Below the pieces are notes generated by a model, which worked only from the letters and a program-made list of their open reading frames with translations, was not told the DNA's origin and did not search any database. The position numbers and the translations under genes are program-made. DNA of 64,000 nt from Leptolyngbyaceae cyanobacterium (GTDB lineage: Bacteria; Cyanobacteriota; Cyanobacteriia; Phormidesmidales; Phormidesmidaceae): the NCBI GenBank assembly GCA_050331235.1, contig JBHJHA010000020.1:20101-84100 (forward strand), given 5' to 3'. Positions 19,637 through 30,214 of the stretch are shown here, one piece after another. Position 1 is the stretch's first letter. Every line of letters begins with the position of its first letter.

Positions 19637-19807
19637 ATGACAACCTGCTTGCCATAAGACACTCAAACTTTTATCCGGGCACAAAGTCTAGTTCAGCCGC
19701 TTTACAGCCGCAAAAAAAGCTCCAGGCAACTGCCCGAAGCTTAATAAATCTCAGACAGAATATCGTCTAAGGTATGCAATCGATGGCTCAAGCTTGGCCC
19801 TCAGAGC

Positions 19808-20092
19808 TTAGTAGCTGCGAGAAAAGCTGTCACGACGATTATTTTTATTTTCACGAGGCTTCGCCTTGTTGACTTTCAAGTCACGACCCATCCATTCAGC
19901 TCCATCGAGGGCATCGATAGCCTCGGTTTCATTCGCTTCGTCGCTGAGTTCGACAAACCCAAAACCTCTCATCCGACCTGTTTCGCGATCAACTGGTAGC
20001 TGAACTCGCTTGACTGAGCCATACTTCGAAAATACGGAATTTAAGTCGTCTTCCGTGACGTCATAGGACAGATTGCCAATATAAATAGACAT
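19808..20092 (-). CDS. rbp: RRM RNA-binding protein (Rbp family)
   Basis: SIYIGNL (RNP2), RGFGFVE (RNP1), LDGAEWMGRDLKVNKAKPR. Confidence 0.96.
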   Translation of the reverse strand: MSIYIGNLSYDVTEDDLNSVFSKYGSVKRVQLPVDRETGRMRGFGFVELSDEANETEAIDALDGAEWMGRDLKVNKAKPRENKNNRRDSFSRSY

Positions 20093-20100
20093 ATTAGTTG

Positions 20101-20190
20101 TCTCCAAAATTGAACTGGACTTGAGAAGAGAATTTCGGAGAGAACCGTGTCAAAAGAAAAATGCAATTGCTTTTTAATACTTGAAACAAA
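20101..20190 (-). promoter_or_regulatory. Conserved rbp 5'-UTR elements: box II, box I and RBS stem
   Basis: Minus strand TTTGTTTCAAGT (20190-20179) and TCTCCGAAATT (20141-20131), which pairs with AATTTTGGAGA (20111-20101) covering the RBS. Confidence 0.8.
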
Positions 20191-20350
20191 CGCTACAACC
20201 GATACCTAACATCTTCACTTGCCTACCCTAACACTTGAAAGTCTTCATTGCAGGGTTTAGTCACAATTAAGTACACCAAACCGGTTAGCCACTATTGCAG
20301 CCGGATGGTGACCAGTTCAACAGAATTGCTCTAGCGCCCTGTCGAATTCC

Positions 20351-20378
20351 GCTTTGTTGCGATGCTTTGTTGCGATGC
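20351..20378. repeat. 13-bp tandem duplication (GCTTTGTTGCGAT x2)
   Basis: Read directly. Confidence 0.85.
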
Positions 20379-21061
20379 CTCTGGGAGGCTTACCAAAGCA
20401 GTAAGTGAACTGCAGTTAGAATTGGACGCTTTCATCGGTATTTAGCTGGCGATGGAGTTCGCCAGCGGCTCAGGGCATCCCACCACACTGAGCCGTATGG
20501 TAATACGACAAGCTATAAGCAGGCGATCACGCTGAACTGCTTCATACGCCTCCAGCGCAATTTATAGGAGAGACTTCTCCTGCCACCTGTATATCTCTGC
20601 GTTAGGACCCCTATGAACAGAGCCCTGAGATAGACTCAAAGACACGACGAATCAGGCATCTCTGCAGAAAGACAATCAACTAAAGCCAGTCTGACTTACG
20701 CTTCCGTCGATGCCAAAACCACAGAATCGCTAGCGGTAAACATGGCCACGGGACGAGTACGGAGCCCGCAAGTGCACCAGCGTATCTTGGTCCTATTTAG
20801 ACCCTGTCTAGCGAAGGTGCTTGCTTAAAACGCCACTGAGCAATGATAAAACGGCCAACATAATCATCCCAAGGCCAGCTGCTCGAAGGGATTTATCAAC
20901 ACTAGCTTCTTTCTCAGGCTCGACGGTAAAACCGACTGACTACAGAGCCGCGACACCAAAAACTGCTAACTCCCTTTATTGCAGAGTTTTGTTTAACTAA
21001 ATTGCTGCTAGCCCTTAGGTGCTGAGCTTCCCGAGGGCTGAAATCGCGCCCTCTACCACGA

Positions 21062-21817
21062 CTACTGCTGTGACTCAATCGTCGGTAAACGCTTCAGCTC
21101 ACGTACAGTTTGACCGCCCAGCTGCCAAAACTCAGTTTGCCCGTTGTTGAAGAGCAGCCGAACCTTCAAAGTCTGCTCTGGCAGTGCAGCAATTTCTGCT
21201 TGTACGGGAGTCAGATCAAATAGGACCGTGCCTGTACTGCACTCTACACCTGGAATGTAAGATGGCGGCGCGTAGGAGAACCCAACGGAAAACGGCGAAT
21301 AGTAGAACGGATCGTAGAACGGGTCAAAGTAAAAGGAGGAGCTCACATTGCTGACCCGAGGCGGGCGAATTTCGTTTAGATAAGACGCGCGAGAGGTTAC
21401 GACCTCATCAATCGTGGCTAAAGTTGCGTCACCGTCCATCAGCTGCATTTCCACAAGCTCGGCACCGGCAGCAGCCAACTGAGTGTCTTCAAAGCAGTAC
21501 TTGACGGCAACACCCAAAGCGTCACGGGCTGGAACATTCCCCCACAATGTAAACAGGCCAAGGTCGGGTTCCGCTGGGTTATAGTCTTGGTCTTTGACGG
21601 CGTAGGCAGCATTGTCGCCGATGATAAACAGTTCGCTAAAAGGGGCTTCACGAATTTCGGCGAGGGCAGCGGGGGAAATCTTGAGTTGTGATCCTTCAGT
21701 TGAGTCACTTTGAGCGATCGCATCGGTTTGAGTGACTACCGCAACCGTGCTGGCAGCGATGGCAGTGGCCGCCAGTCCATAACCAACTTGACTCAATTGC
21801 CTCATCCTCTCGCCCAT
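21062..21817 (-). CDS. Hypothetical secreted protein
   Basis: Signal-peptide-like N-terminus (..AIAQ) and an aromatic/Pro-rich FYFDPFYDPFYYSPF segment. Start uncertain. Confidence 0.75.
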   Translation of the reverse strand: MGERMRQLSQVGYGLAATAIAASTVAVVTQTDAIAQSDSTEGSQLKISPAALAEIREAPFSELFIIGDNAAYAVKDQDYNPAEPDLGLFTLWGNVPARDALGVAVKYCFEDTQLAAAGAELVEMQLMDGDATLATIDEVVTSRASYLNEIRPPRVSNVSSSFYFDPFYDPFYYSPFSVGFSYAPPSYIPGVECSTGTVLFDLTPVQAEIAALPEQTLKVRLLFNNGQTEFWQLGGQTVRELKRLPTIESQQ

Positions 21818-21923
21818 GACTTTCCCCACAGCAAAATATGTATGATTCGCTTACAGAATAGCGGAGAATTCTCGCAATATAAGCGTTGTCATCAAAATAT
21901 TGACTGTTGGTAAAACGAGTGAA

Positions 21924-22598
21924 TTACTTTATCGCCACTCTGACGGGTCGGGTCTTTGAAGGTGATTTTTCGCGCGATGGCTCTGTTGGTAAGCATAGAG
22001 GCTCGTCAGCGACCGTCAGGTAGGCGGTTGCTGGGCGGCGATCGCTCAAGACATCTCCGATCACCGCGACAAAGACCTTATCCCAGACGGGACCGACCTG
22101 GTCCATACTATCTTGCTCAACCTCAGGGACTAGCTGTCGAACTCGGGCAAAGATTTGCCCATGAAGTGCTTCCACCGTTAGCTCAGACCGCCGCATCTGC
22201 TCCTTAAGGGAGCGATCGCTCGACTGTGAGGGAGCCAAATATTTCAATCCGTCTTCGCTGATCACCGCTTGCATTCGCCACCACAGCACATTAGCCCATT
22301 CGAGCTGCTCCGAAGGGGGAAGGGCCGTAAAATCACCGCCACACCGAGTCACATAGTCAGCCACAACCTGATAAAACCAGTCAACATCGATATCGGAGGA
22401 AGCCAACAGATATTCCAGTTCCGAATCAATATCTTGAATCGGGGTGTCCAACAGCCCTTGTTTAAAAGCAACGAGCACATTTTGAGGGGCCGGTTCAGCA
22501 TCCGCAACCTGGATACGACTCACCAAAAACCTGCCACCGACCGCCAATGAAACGGCTAGCAATGTGATCGCAATGCGAACGCTTTTGGGTTTGCCCAT
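21924..22598 (-). CDS. Hypothetical protein with N-terminal signal or anchor
   Basis: 224-aa ORF with a basic then hydrophobic N-terminus. Confidence 0.7.
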   Translation of the reverse strand: MGKPKSVRIAITLLAVSLAVGGRFLVSRIQVADAEPAPQNVLVAFKQGLLDTPIQDIDSELEYLLASSDIDVDWFYQVVADYVTRCGGDFTALPPSEQLEWANVLWWRMQAVISEDGLKYLAPSQSSDRSLKEQMRRSELTVEALHGQIFARVRQLVPEVEQDSMDQVGPVWDKVFVAVIGDVLSDRRPATAYLTVADEPLCLPTEPSREKSPSKTRPVRVAIK

Positions 22599-22852
22599 AG
22601 CGCTTTACCAGTTCAAATGTACTAAATTTAGCATTGTTTTTGATCTAAGTGCAATACCCTTGCAATTCTCCATCCTACCTAGGTCCCGATCTGACAGTCA
22701 AAAGCAGTTATTTCTCAGGTTTGGCGAAACGCTGTATGGATTTTGTATGGGCGATCGCGGCTTATCTACCGCTTGTGTAATACGACAGCCTAGATATAGT
22801 ACATAATAACTATTTTGCGGTACGATTACGGGACGTGTATGTCAGGATTGAT

Positions 22853-23320
22853 ATGTCGGTCAAAAAGTCGATGAGCATTCGTTTGCCCGAGGGATTAGTA
22901 GATGACCTCAAGGCAAAGGCTTCGGAAGAGGGGGTCTCGGTGACAGAAATGATCAATCGCTTTACCCGCATGGGGCTCAAATTTACGGCTGATGATCGCC
23001 TGCCTCTTTATGTCGGCACCTTGGAGCACAATGGCACTGTGGCTCCAGGGGTGGCGCGCCCTGTCCAAGAACCTAGCAACGGCTATTTGTCCAGCCAGTT
23101 GCTCTATCAGCCTCCCCTCGATGAGGAAATGGCCTCTCCCAGCAGTAAGTCTGACAAACATGAAAGGCTATTAGAGGGCTTTGAAAAATTCATCGCCATT
23201 TTGGACCTTTCCATGAGCTATTTGGCCGATGATAGAAATCGCGAAAGCGTCTTAGAGACGATTGGTGAACTCGCCAAGTTGAAAACTCGATTGAAATTTG
23301 ACCCCTGCTTTAAAGATTGA
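22853..23320 (+). CDS. Ribbon-helix-helix (CopG/Arc-like) DNA-binding protein with extended C-terminus
   Basis: KKSMSIRLPEGLVDDLKAKASEEGVSVTEMINRF pattern. Confidence 0.75.
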   Translation: MSVKKSMSIRLPEGLVDDLKAKASEEGVSVTEMINRFTRMGLKFTADDRLPLYVGTLEHNGTVAPGVARPVQEPSNGYLSSQLLYQPPLDEEMASPSSKSDKHERLLEGFEKFIAILDLSMSYLADDRNRESVLETIGELAKLKTRLKFDPCFKD

Positions 23321-23354
23321 GATTGATCGCGGAGCACTCATCGGGGCAGAACCT

Positions 23355-23819
23355 ATGCAAATACGGCAGGCGATCGTGGCAGATGTGCCTCAATTAGCGA
23401 TTTTGTATTACGACACTGTGAGCCAGCACGGACCGACGTACTACACCGCTCATCAGACCCAGGCTTGGGCTAATTTCGTCACCGATGCGGAGTCGTTTCG
23501 ACGGTTCATCCTCGATGTCAGGACTTATATCGCTGAAGAGTCGGGTATACGACTGGGCTTTGGGGGCATCAGCCCCGCCGGTCGGATTACTTCGCTCTAC
23601 GTTCATCGGGCCCATCTTGGTGAAGGCATCGGGTCGCGACTCTTACAGCATTTGATCGCGCAAGCCGAAGGCGATCAAATGCCCCGTCTGTATGCCGAGG
23701 CCAGCCGATTTAGTCTTGGCCTATTTGAAAAGTTTGGCTTTCGTCAGTACGACATCGAAACGGTAGAACGCTCTGGTGTCCTGTTTGAACGCTATTTGGT
23801 CGAGAAGTGGTTGCACTAA
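23355..23819 (+). CDS. GNAT family N-acetyltransferase
   Basis: ITSLYVHRAHLGEGIGSRLL acetyl-CoA motif and EAS..SLGLFEKFGF. Confidence 0.9.
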   Translation: MQIRQAIVADVPQLAILYYDTVSQHGPTYYTAHQTQAWANFVTDAESFRRFILDVRTYIAEESGIRLGFGGISPAGRITSLYVHRAHLGEGIGSRLLQHLIAQAEGDQMPRLYAEASRFSLGLFEKFGFRQYDIETVERSGVLFERYLVEKWLH

Positions 23820-23842
23820 CGACCAAGATGTCTCGCCATAGC

Positions 23843-24310
23843 TCAGGTAGTTAGGCCAAACTCTTTAAGCGCGGGAAGAAAGTTGCGGTTTTCATGGCCT
23901 GGGCGGCTGAGCTTATACAGGGCAAAGCGCTGGAGGGGAGAGAGCCTCGCCCACTGGCTCAGGGTCATCGTGACGTCAAACTGAGCGGCTTGCTCTTGCA
24001 CCGTTGGCGGCACCTGGTCAGCCTGTAGCCAAGGTGGTTGCGGGTCAATGGCCAAATCCTTGGGAGGGGCGTCAAAATGTTGCTGCACAAGATTTTGCAA
24101 AAGCTTACGGTAATCGGCGATCGCTGTTTTGCTATCGCAGGGGTGCGTCACCAGACGCTCGCGATCGCTAACCGAGAACTGATGCCAATGTTCTAGCTTC
24201 AGCTTGACGCCACAGGTATCTAGTTTGTATCGCACCTGCATTGGAATGCATCTTAGGGAATCGACAAAATCAGCCTCAAATTGGAAGAAAGTTAAATCTG
24301 AAGTAGCCAT
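23843..24310 (-). CDS. narM: Nitrate reductase-associated protein NarM
   Basis: FEADFVDSLRCIPMQVRYKLDTCGVKLKL..LQRFALYKLSRPGHENRNF. Directly downstream of narB. Confidence 0.9.
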   Translation of the reverse strand: MATSDLTFFQFEADFVDSLRCIPMQVRYKLDTCGVKLKLEHWHQFSVSDRERLVTHPCDSKTAIADYRKLLQNLVQQHFDAPPKDLAIDPQPPWLQADQVPPTVQEQAAQFDVTMTLSQWARLSPLQRFALYKLSRPGHENRNFLPALKEFGLTT

Positions 24311-24377
24311 ATTAGGGTTCTGCTCGGGTCAAAAGGTTGCTTCGTTGTCTCACGCTTGCCATAGTAGATAGGCCGGC

Positions 24378-26594
24378 CTAGGGATGTAATACGGCAGGTC
24401 TTTGCGACCTTTCCCAGGGAGTGCCGAGGGTTTGGAGATCGCGCGCCGCTTGCAGCATCTCTTCTGAAAGGGGAACGACCGCCACAGCGCTGGCCTTTAG
24501 CTCTGGCTGGAGTGAAATTGGGCAAACTGTCGGATGGGTCAAGGCATTACATTCTGCTGCATCGGCCCACAAAGCGCCCCAGTGCATGGGAATAAAGAGG
24601 ACGCCTCGGCGCATGTATTGGGTGACGTGAACTTTTAGTCGAGCCATGCCCCGGCGCGATCGCACCTCGACCCAGTCGCCAGACTGGAGTTTGAGATGTT
24701 GAGCATCAATGGGGTTCATTTCTAGCAGGGGCTCAGGATGCATCTTGCGAATTTTGTCGATGCGCCCGGTGCGGCTCTGGGTGTGCCAGTGGCCATAAAG
24801 GCGACCATTGGTCAAAACAAAGGGGAAATTGGGATCGGGCGGTTCGGTCAACCCTTTTTCATGGAAGGCGGCAAAATTAGCCCGACCATTGGACGTTGGG
24901 AACAGATGGTCCGCATACAGCCGCTTATCATGCTTGGTCGACGCCGTAGCCTCAGTCTCAGTTTGCGGGCAGGGCCACTGAATAGGGCCTTCAGCCGCGA
25001 GCCGCCCATGGCTGAGCCCTGTCATATCGCAGACGCGGCCAGCGGTGAGTTGTATGAACTCGGCGTAGACTTCTGCGGCATCTTGAAAAGCAAATTGCTG
25101 TTCAAAGCCGAGCCGTCGCCCCACTGCGGCAAAAATTTCCCAGTCGGCGCGGGCTTCGCCGGGCCGAGATCGAAAGGCCGGGCAATAGGTGACCGTGCGC
25201 TCAGAGTTAGTCATAATGCCGGTCTTTTCGCCCCACTGGGCAGCGGGTAGCAGCACATGGGCATACTCAGCAGTTTCGGTGGGATAGTAGGCGTCTTGCA
25301 GCACCGTGAAGGGCGATCGCCGCAGCGCTTGTTTAGTGCGTTCAATATCGGGCATGCTGACGGCTGGGTTCGTCGCAGCCACCCATAAAACGCCCACTGC
25401 TCCTTGCTCGAGCCCTACCATCATGTCCCAAGCGGCGAGACCAGGAGTCGGAGAAATGCTGCCCTCTGGTAAGCCCCAGGCGGCTTCGACCGCACGGCGA
25501 TGTTCGGGATTTTTGACTAAGCGATAACCCGGCAAAATGTGCGACAGCCCACCGGCTTCGCGACCGCCCATGGCGTTAGGTTGACCAGTCAAAGAAAATG
25601 GGCCGGAGCCGGGTCGACCAATTTGCCCAGTCATCAAATGTAGGTTGATCAGAGTCCGGGCTTTGGCCGTGCCGTCAGAAAACTGATTTAACCCCATTGA
25701 CCAGAGAGACAGCACTCGCTTAGAGCGGCCCCAGTAACGGGCGGCGGTTTCCAGATCATCTACGGTGATGCCACAGACCGCGGCGACATGCTCCGGCGGA
25801 TATTGATCAATGATCTGTACGTAGTCGGTAAAGCCTTTGGTGGCTTCATCAATAAAGAGCGCGTCAATCCAGCGCTGGCGCAACAAAATGTGCGCGATGC
25901 CGTGCATCAGCGTAATGTCGGTGCCGGGACGAATCGCTAGGTGCAGATCGGCTTCCTTCGCGGTTTCGGTGCGGCGCGGGTCAACCACGACGAGTTTGAC
26001 TTTGCCTTTTTTCTTGCGGTGGTACTTGCGAAACCGGTTAAACACAATCGGATGACATTCGGCGGTATTTGTCCCGATCAAAAAGGCACAGTCGGTTTGC
26101 TCTAGATCGTCGTAGCAGGGTGGCGGACCGTCTGAGCCAAAACTTTGAATGTAAGCGGCTACTGCAGACGACATACAGAGCCGCGAGTTGGCGTCAAAAT
26201 TATTGGTGCCCAGGCAGCCTTTCAACAGCTTTTGGGCCGTGTAGTAATCTTCGGTCTGTAACTGACCGGAGCCATACATGCAGACGGCTTCGGGCCCCTG
26301 GGTCTCGACCACTTGGCGAATCCGACCGGCGATCGCATCTAGCGCTTCTTCCCAGCTGACCTGACGAAAGGGCTGATCTAGGGAGTCGCGCAGCATGGGA
26401 TACAGGAGCCGGTTTTTGTCCAAGGCATCTGCAATGGTGGCCCCTTTGACACAGACCATACCTTGGCTAGAGGGATGATCGCGATCGCCGCGCACAATAT
26501 AGTTGTTGCTCGCTTCAACCGAGCGGCCAATGGGAGCCACATCGAGCCCGCAGCCGACTCCGCAATAGGGGCAAAGCGTCTTGATCGAAGTCAT
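24378..26594 (-). CDS. narB: Ferredoxin-nitrate reductase NarB
   Basis: [13 protein letters not shown] Fe-S motif, [30 protein letters not shown]. Confidence 0.96.
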   Translation of the reverse strand: MTSIKTLCPYCGVGCGLDVAPIGRSVEASNNYIVRGDRDHPSSQGMVCVKGATIADALDKNRLLYPMLRDSLDQPFRQVSWEEALDAIAGRIRQVVETQGPEAVCMYGSGQLQTEDYYTAQKLLKGCLGTNNFDANSRLCMSSAVAAYIQSFGSDGPPPCYDDLEQTDCAFLIGTNTAECHPIVFNRFRKYHRKKKGKVKLVVVDPRRTETAKEADLHLAIRPGTDITLMHGIAHILLRQRWIDALFIDEATKGFTDYVQIIDQYPPEHVAAVCGITVDDLETAARYWGRSKRVLSLWSMGLNQFSDGTAKARTLINLHLMTGQIGRPGSGPFSLTGQPNAMGGREAGGLSHILPGYRLVKNPEHRRAVEAAWGLPEGSISPTPGLAAWDMMVGLEQGAVGVLWVAATNPAVSMPDIERTKQALRRSPFTVLQDAYYPTETAEYAHVLLPAAQWGEKTGIMTNSERTVTYCPAFRSRPGEARADWEIFAAVGRRLGFEQQFAFQDAAEVYAEFIQLTAGRVCDMTGLSHGRLAAEGPIQWPCPQTETEATASTKHDKRLYADHLFPTSNGRANFAAFHEKGLTEPPDPNFPFVLTNGRLYGHWHTQSRTGRIDKIRKMHPEPLLEMNPIDAQHLKLQSGDWVEVRSRRGMARLKVHVTQYMRRGVLFIPMHWGALWADAAECNALTHPTVCPISLQPELKASAVAVVPLSEEMLQAARDLQTLGTPWERSQRPAVLHP

Positions 26595-26756
26595 AACGGT
26601 CAACCTAACGGGGATAAACGAACGAAGCTCCGAATCGACTAGATGCCACGGAGCAGCGTCCTCACGGCGGGATTTAGACGCTGGCAATCAGTTCGACTCG
26701 GGTAAAAAGCTGTGGCCATGCCGCCAAGGGAAATGTTTCTGAGCAACAATAGCGGC

Positions 26757-26809
26757 AAAAAAGCCGGGAGAAGACTTCATCATTGCAATGATGTCCTTTT
26801 CCCCCGGCT
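26757..26809 (-). terminator. Hairpin with U-tract between nrtP and narB
   Basis: Long imperfect inverted repeat AGCCGGG..CCCGGCT, with a preceding A run that reads as a T run on the minus strand. Confidence 0.6.
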
Positions 26810-26862
26810 ACTGTCTGATCGTGAATGGGAACTCAATCAGGACTTCCCAAAGCGCGGACGTT

Positions 26863-28488
26863 TTACATCAAACGTGCCGACTGCTCATTGGGCAGAGCCG
26901 TAGGATGGAGCGCTGCATTAGGGTCTTCACCTTCATGGAACTCAGCAAAAGATCCCTTGGGCTCTTCCATAAAGAAGACACATAGAATGGCCACAATCAA
27001 ACCGCCGATTCCCAAAACTTGGAAAAACTGAGCGTTGACGGTAGACATAACGGCGTTTCCAGCATTGGCGGCTGCCGACGCATCGACAAATAAGAGACGG
27101 GTTGTTAAGTAAGCCACCGCACCGACGTTACCGTAAGCGCCAACGTTACCCGCAATCTGACCGGTCACCTTACGCTTGACCAACGGCACCATGGCAAAGG
27201 TTGCCCCTTCGGAAGACTGTACGAAGAAAGAGCAAGCCATGGTCAACAAGACCGCCAGCGGTAGTGGCCAAGCACTGCTAACTGTGCTCATCATTAGATA
27301 GCCAATCCCCATACCGGCAGTTAAGATAACCATCGTCCACTTGCGGCTGCCCATCTTGTCAGAGATGAGGCCGCCACCCGGCCGGGAAGCTAAGTTCATA
27401 AAGGCGTAGCTGGCCGCAATCGTACCGGCAGTTGCTTTGTCCAGACCAAAGGTGCCTTCAAAGAACGCGGGGAGCATGGTGACCACAGCTAACTCCGAAC
27501 CAAAGTTAACAATGTAAGTTAGCTCCAGCATAGCGACTTGCTTAAAGCGATAGCGCTCTTCGGGGGAGTAGGTCTTAGCACCCGAAAGCAAGTCTTTGTT
27601 CACTGCCCAGCAGTTGTAAGTTTGAAATGCGTACAGCCCCAGCAAACACGCCCAAGCAATATACATACCACCAATGGTGAGGAAGTTGACCTTGGTCAAG
27701 CGCCATGCCAACACCATCAAAATTGCGGTGAGGGGAATGTTCATGATCAGCAGGAACCAGAAGTCACGCACGGAGGTGACTTCAAGGCCACGAGCGCTTT
27801 TGGGACGCTGATACACCTTGCCAGGCGGCGTATCGGTCACATTGAAGTAGTAAAAGATACCGTATAAAGCACCAATGACACCAGTACCAGCGATCGCCGC
27901 GCGCCAGTTCAAAATGTCAGTCTGAAAGGGGGGAAACAGCAAAACGCGGAAGTTCTCAGCCTCAGGGAACTGGAAAGCACCGGGCAAGAAAGCCAGCGCC
28001 AAGCCAAACAGCACCATAGTGAAGGCAGAAAACGCGGAACCGAAGTTACCCCAACCGCCGTAGATCCCTTCAGCCGTGCCCACCTCCTTGGGAGGAAACC
28101 ACTCGGCAGTCATCCGGATGCCGATAACGAAGCCAGCACCCACAATACCCATGAGCAAACGCCCCAGCACGAGCTGGTTAAAGCTTTGGGCGGTGGCAAA
28201 GATAAAGCAAGGAATGGCAGCGTAAACAAGCAAGACAGAGTAGGTCAAACGAGGTCCATACTTGTCCAGCAGCATCCCGATAATGATGCGAGCAGGGACA
28301 GTCAGGGCCACGTTACAGAGACCAATGGTGCCAACCTGAGCGGGCTCCAACCCAAAATCCTGAGCGATGGTGGTCGCAAAGGGGGGAAAGTTAAACCAGA
28401 TTACAAACGTTAGGAAAAAGGCAAACCAGGTCAGGTGCAGGACTCTGTACCTTCCCTGAGTTGCTTTAGTAAACAACTCAACGAGCAT
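26863..28488 (-). CDS. nrtP: MFS nitrate/nitrite permease NrtP (NarK family)
   Basis: LHLTWFAFF, GAGFVIGIRM..EWF, AEGIYGGWGNFGS, NFGSELAVV. Lies between nirA and narB. Confidence 0.93.
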   Translation of the reverse strand: MLVELFTKATQGRYRVLHLTWFAFFLTFVIWFNFPPFATTIAQDFGLEPAQVGTIGLCNVALTVPARIIIGMLLDKYGPRLTYSVLLVYAAIPCFIFATAQSFNQLVLGRLLMGIVGAGFVIGIRMTAEWFPPKEVGTAEGIYGGWGNFGSAFSAFTMVLFGLALAFLPGAFQFPEAENFRVLLFPPFQTDILNWRAAIAGTGVIGALYGIFYYFNVTDTPPGKVYQRPKSARGLEVTSVRDFWFLLIMNIPLTAILMVLAWRLTKVNFLTIGGMYIAWACLLGLYAFQTYNCWAVNKDLLSGAKTYSPEERYRFKQVAMLELTYIVNFGSELAVVTMLPAFFEGTFGLDKATAGTIAASYAFMNLASRPGGGLISDKMGSRKWTMVILTAGMGIGYLMMSTVSSAWPLPLAVLLTMACSFFVQSSEGATFAMVPLVKRKVTGQIAGNVGAYGNVGAVAYLTTRLLFVDASAAANAGNAVMSTVNAQFFQVLGIGGLIVAILCVFFMEEPKGSFAEFHEGEDPNAALHPTALPNEQSARLM

Positions 28489-28627
28489 TCGTGCTAATCT
28501 CCTAGTAAACCAAGAAACGACTCAAACCTTGTCGGGCTTATGCTCCCAAGGTTTTTTTCTTTTCACAGACACACTCCCCAGACGGGGATCTCGATGGGCA
28601 ACGCCACAGTCGTCGCTGCCCAAAGCT

Positions 28628-30214
28628 TTATTCGGCGATCGTCACTTCGACTTGGCCGTTGCGGTCAGCCCTGCTATCTGCAGGTTGCGCGCCGAAGTGC
28701 TCAGTCAATAACCCGGTGAGCACTTCGGGCAAATCATCACAGGGCACCCCTTTTTGCACACAGGTCCCGAGGTGGGCATCCTTGCCTACTTTGCCGCCCA
28801 TGTAAATATCAACGCCCTCTGCCGGCTTGCCATCCTTCCGTACTTTGGTACCCATGAGGCCAATATCGGCCACCTGCGGTTGGCCACAGGAGTTGGGACA
28901 GCCCGTCCAGTGAATGCGGACAGACTGGGGGAGGCTCAGGGTGGCATCCAGCTGTCGCGCAATGGCGATCGCCCGCTGCTTTGTCTCTACCAGGGCAAAG
29001 TTGCAAAACTGAGCCCCAGTGCAGGAAACCAGCGATCGCACCAGCGGGCTCGGAGCGGTAGAAAAACGCGACAGCAAAGACTCTCCCATCAACAGATCCA
29101 ACCGGGTATCGGGAATGTAAGGAATGATGATGTTTTGCTCCACTGTCAGACGAATTTCACCTTCGCCATAAACATCCGCGATGCGCGCTACATCAAACAT
29201 GTCTCGGGCCGACAGGCGACCCACAGGAACGTGTAGACCGACATAGCTCAGACCCGGCTGCTGCTGAGGATGAATGCCAACGTGATCACGCTTATCCCAA
29301 TCAATTTCATCTTCGTCAGCGGCACTTAGTAGGGATTTGCCGTAGACCTTTTCGACTTCTGCGCGAAAAGTCTCCATACCCCACTCGTCAATCAGCCACA
29401 ATAGCCGCGCCTTCTGACGATTGACCCGCAGGCCGTGATCGCGGTAGACCAGCAAAATTGCTCGAGACAATGCAACCACGTCTTCATTGGGCTCAACCCA
29501 GGCATTTAAAGGCACTGCGGCCTCACACCGGCGAGCGGAGAAAAACCCGCCAACCAATACATTGAAGCCAAGCTTGCCTTCGCGATAGGCCGGCACAAAC
29601 GCGATGTCGTTGATTTCCGCATGAACCGCATTATCACGTCCGCCCTCAACCGCAATGTTGAACTTGCGAGGTAGATTGGTAAACTCCGGGTTGCCCTCAC
29701 CGCGATCGGTGATCATATCCTGCAGTGCCCTTACTAAGCCGCGAGTATCAATCAGCTCATTAGCATCAATACCTGCCACTGGCGAACCGGTGATGTTGCG
29801 CACGTTGTCCATGCCAGACTGCATGGAAGTAAGACCCACCGCTTCAAACCGATGGAAAATATCAGGAATGTCCTCAAGGCGAATGCCCCGCAGCTGAAGA
29901 TTTTGGCGGGTGGTAATATCCGCACTGCCGTCATCCCCATATCGCTGCACAACCTCAGCTAGCACCTTCATCTTCTGGCTTGATAAAATGCCGTTGGGCA
30001 TTCGCAGCCGCAACATAAACTTGCCCGGCGTGACGGGTCTAAAGAAAATGCCAAGCCACTTCAACCGCTGGGTCAAATCAGTTTCATCAACGGATTCCCA
30101 ACCAAGCTCCGCAAACTTCTCAAGCTCTGACTTGACGGCAAGACCGTCTTTCTCAGCCTTGAACTTCTCAAACTTGTTGAGTTTTCCGGTTGACTTTTGA
30201 GCTGCGCTTACCAC
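28628..30214 (-). CDS. nirA: Ferredoxin-nitrite reductase NirA
   Basis: LNKFEKFKAEKDGL, TTRQNLQ, NLPRKFN, CTGAQFC and HWTGCPNSCG siroheme/Fe-S ligands. Confidence 0.97.
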   Translation of the reverse strand: MVSAAQKSTGKLNKFEKFKAEKDGLAVKSELEKFAELGWESVDETDLTQRLKWLGIFFRPVTPGKFMLRLRMPNGILSSQKMKVLAEVVQRYGDDGSADITTRQNLQLRGIRLEDIPDIFHRFEAVGLTSMQSGMDNVRNITGSPVAGIDANELIDTRGLVRALQDMITDRGEGNPEFTNLPRKFNIAVEGGRDNAVHAEINDIAFVPAYREGKLGFNVLVGGFFSARRCEAAVPLNAWVEPNEDVVALSRAILLVYRDHGLRVNRQKARLLWLIDEWGMETFRAEVEKVYGKSLLSAADEDEIDWDKRDHVGIHPQQQPGLSYVGLHVPVGRLSARDMFDVARIADVYGEGEIRLTVEQNIIIPYIPDTRLDLLMGESLLSRFSTAPSPLVRSLVSCTGAQFCNFALVETKQRAIAIARQLDATLSLPQSVRIHWTGCPNSCGQPQVADIGLMGTKVRKDGKPAEGVDIYMGGKVGKDAHLGTCVQKGVPCDDLPEVLTGLLTEHFGAQPADSRADRNGQVEVTIAE

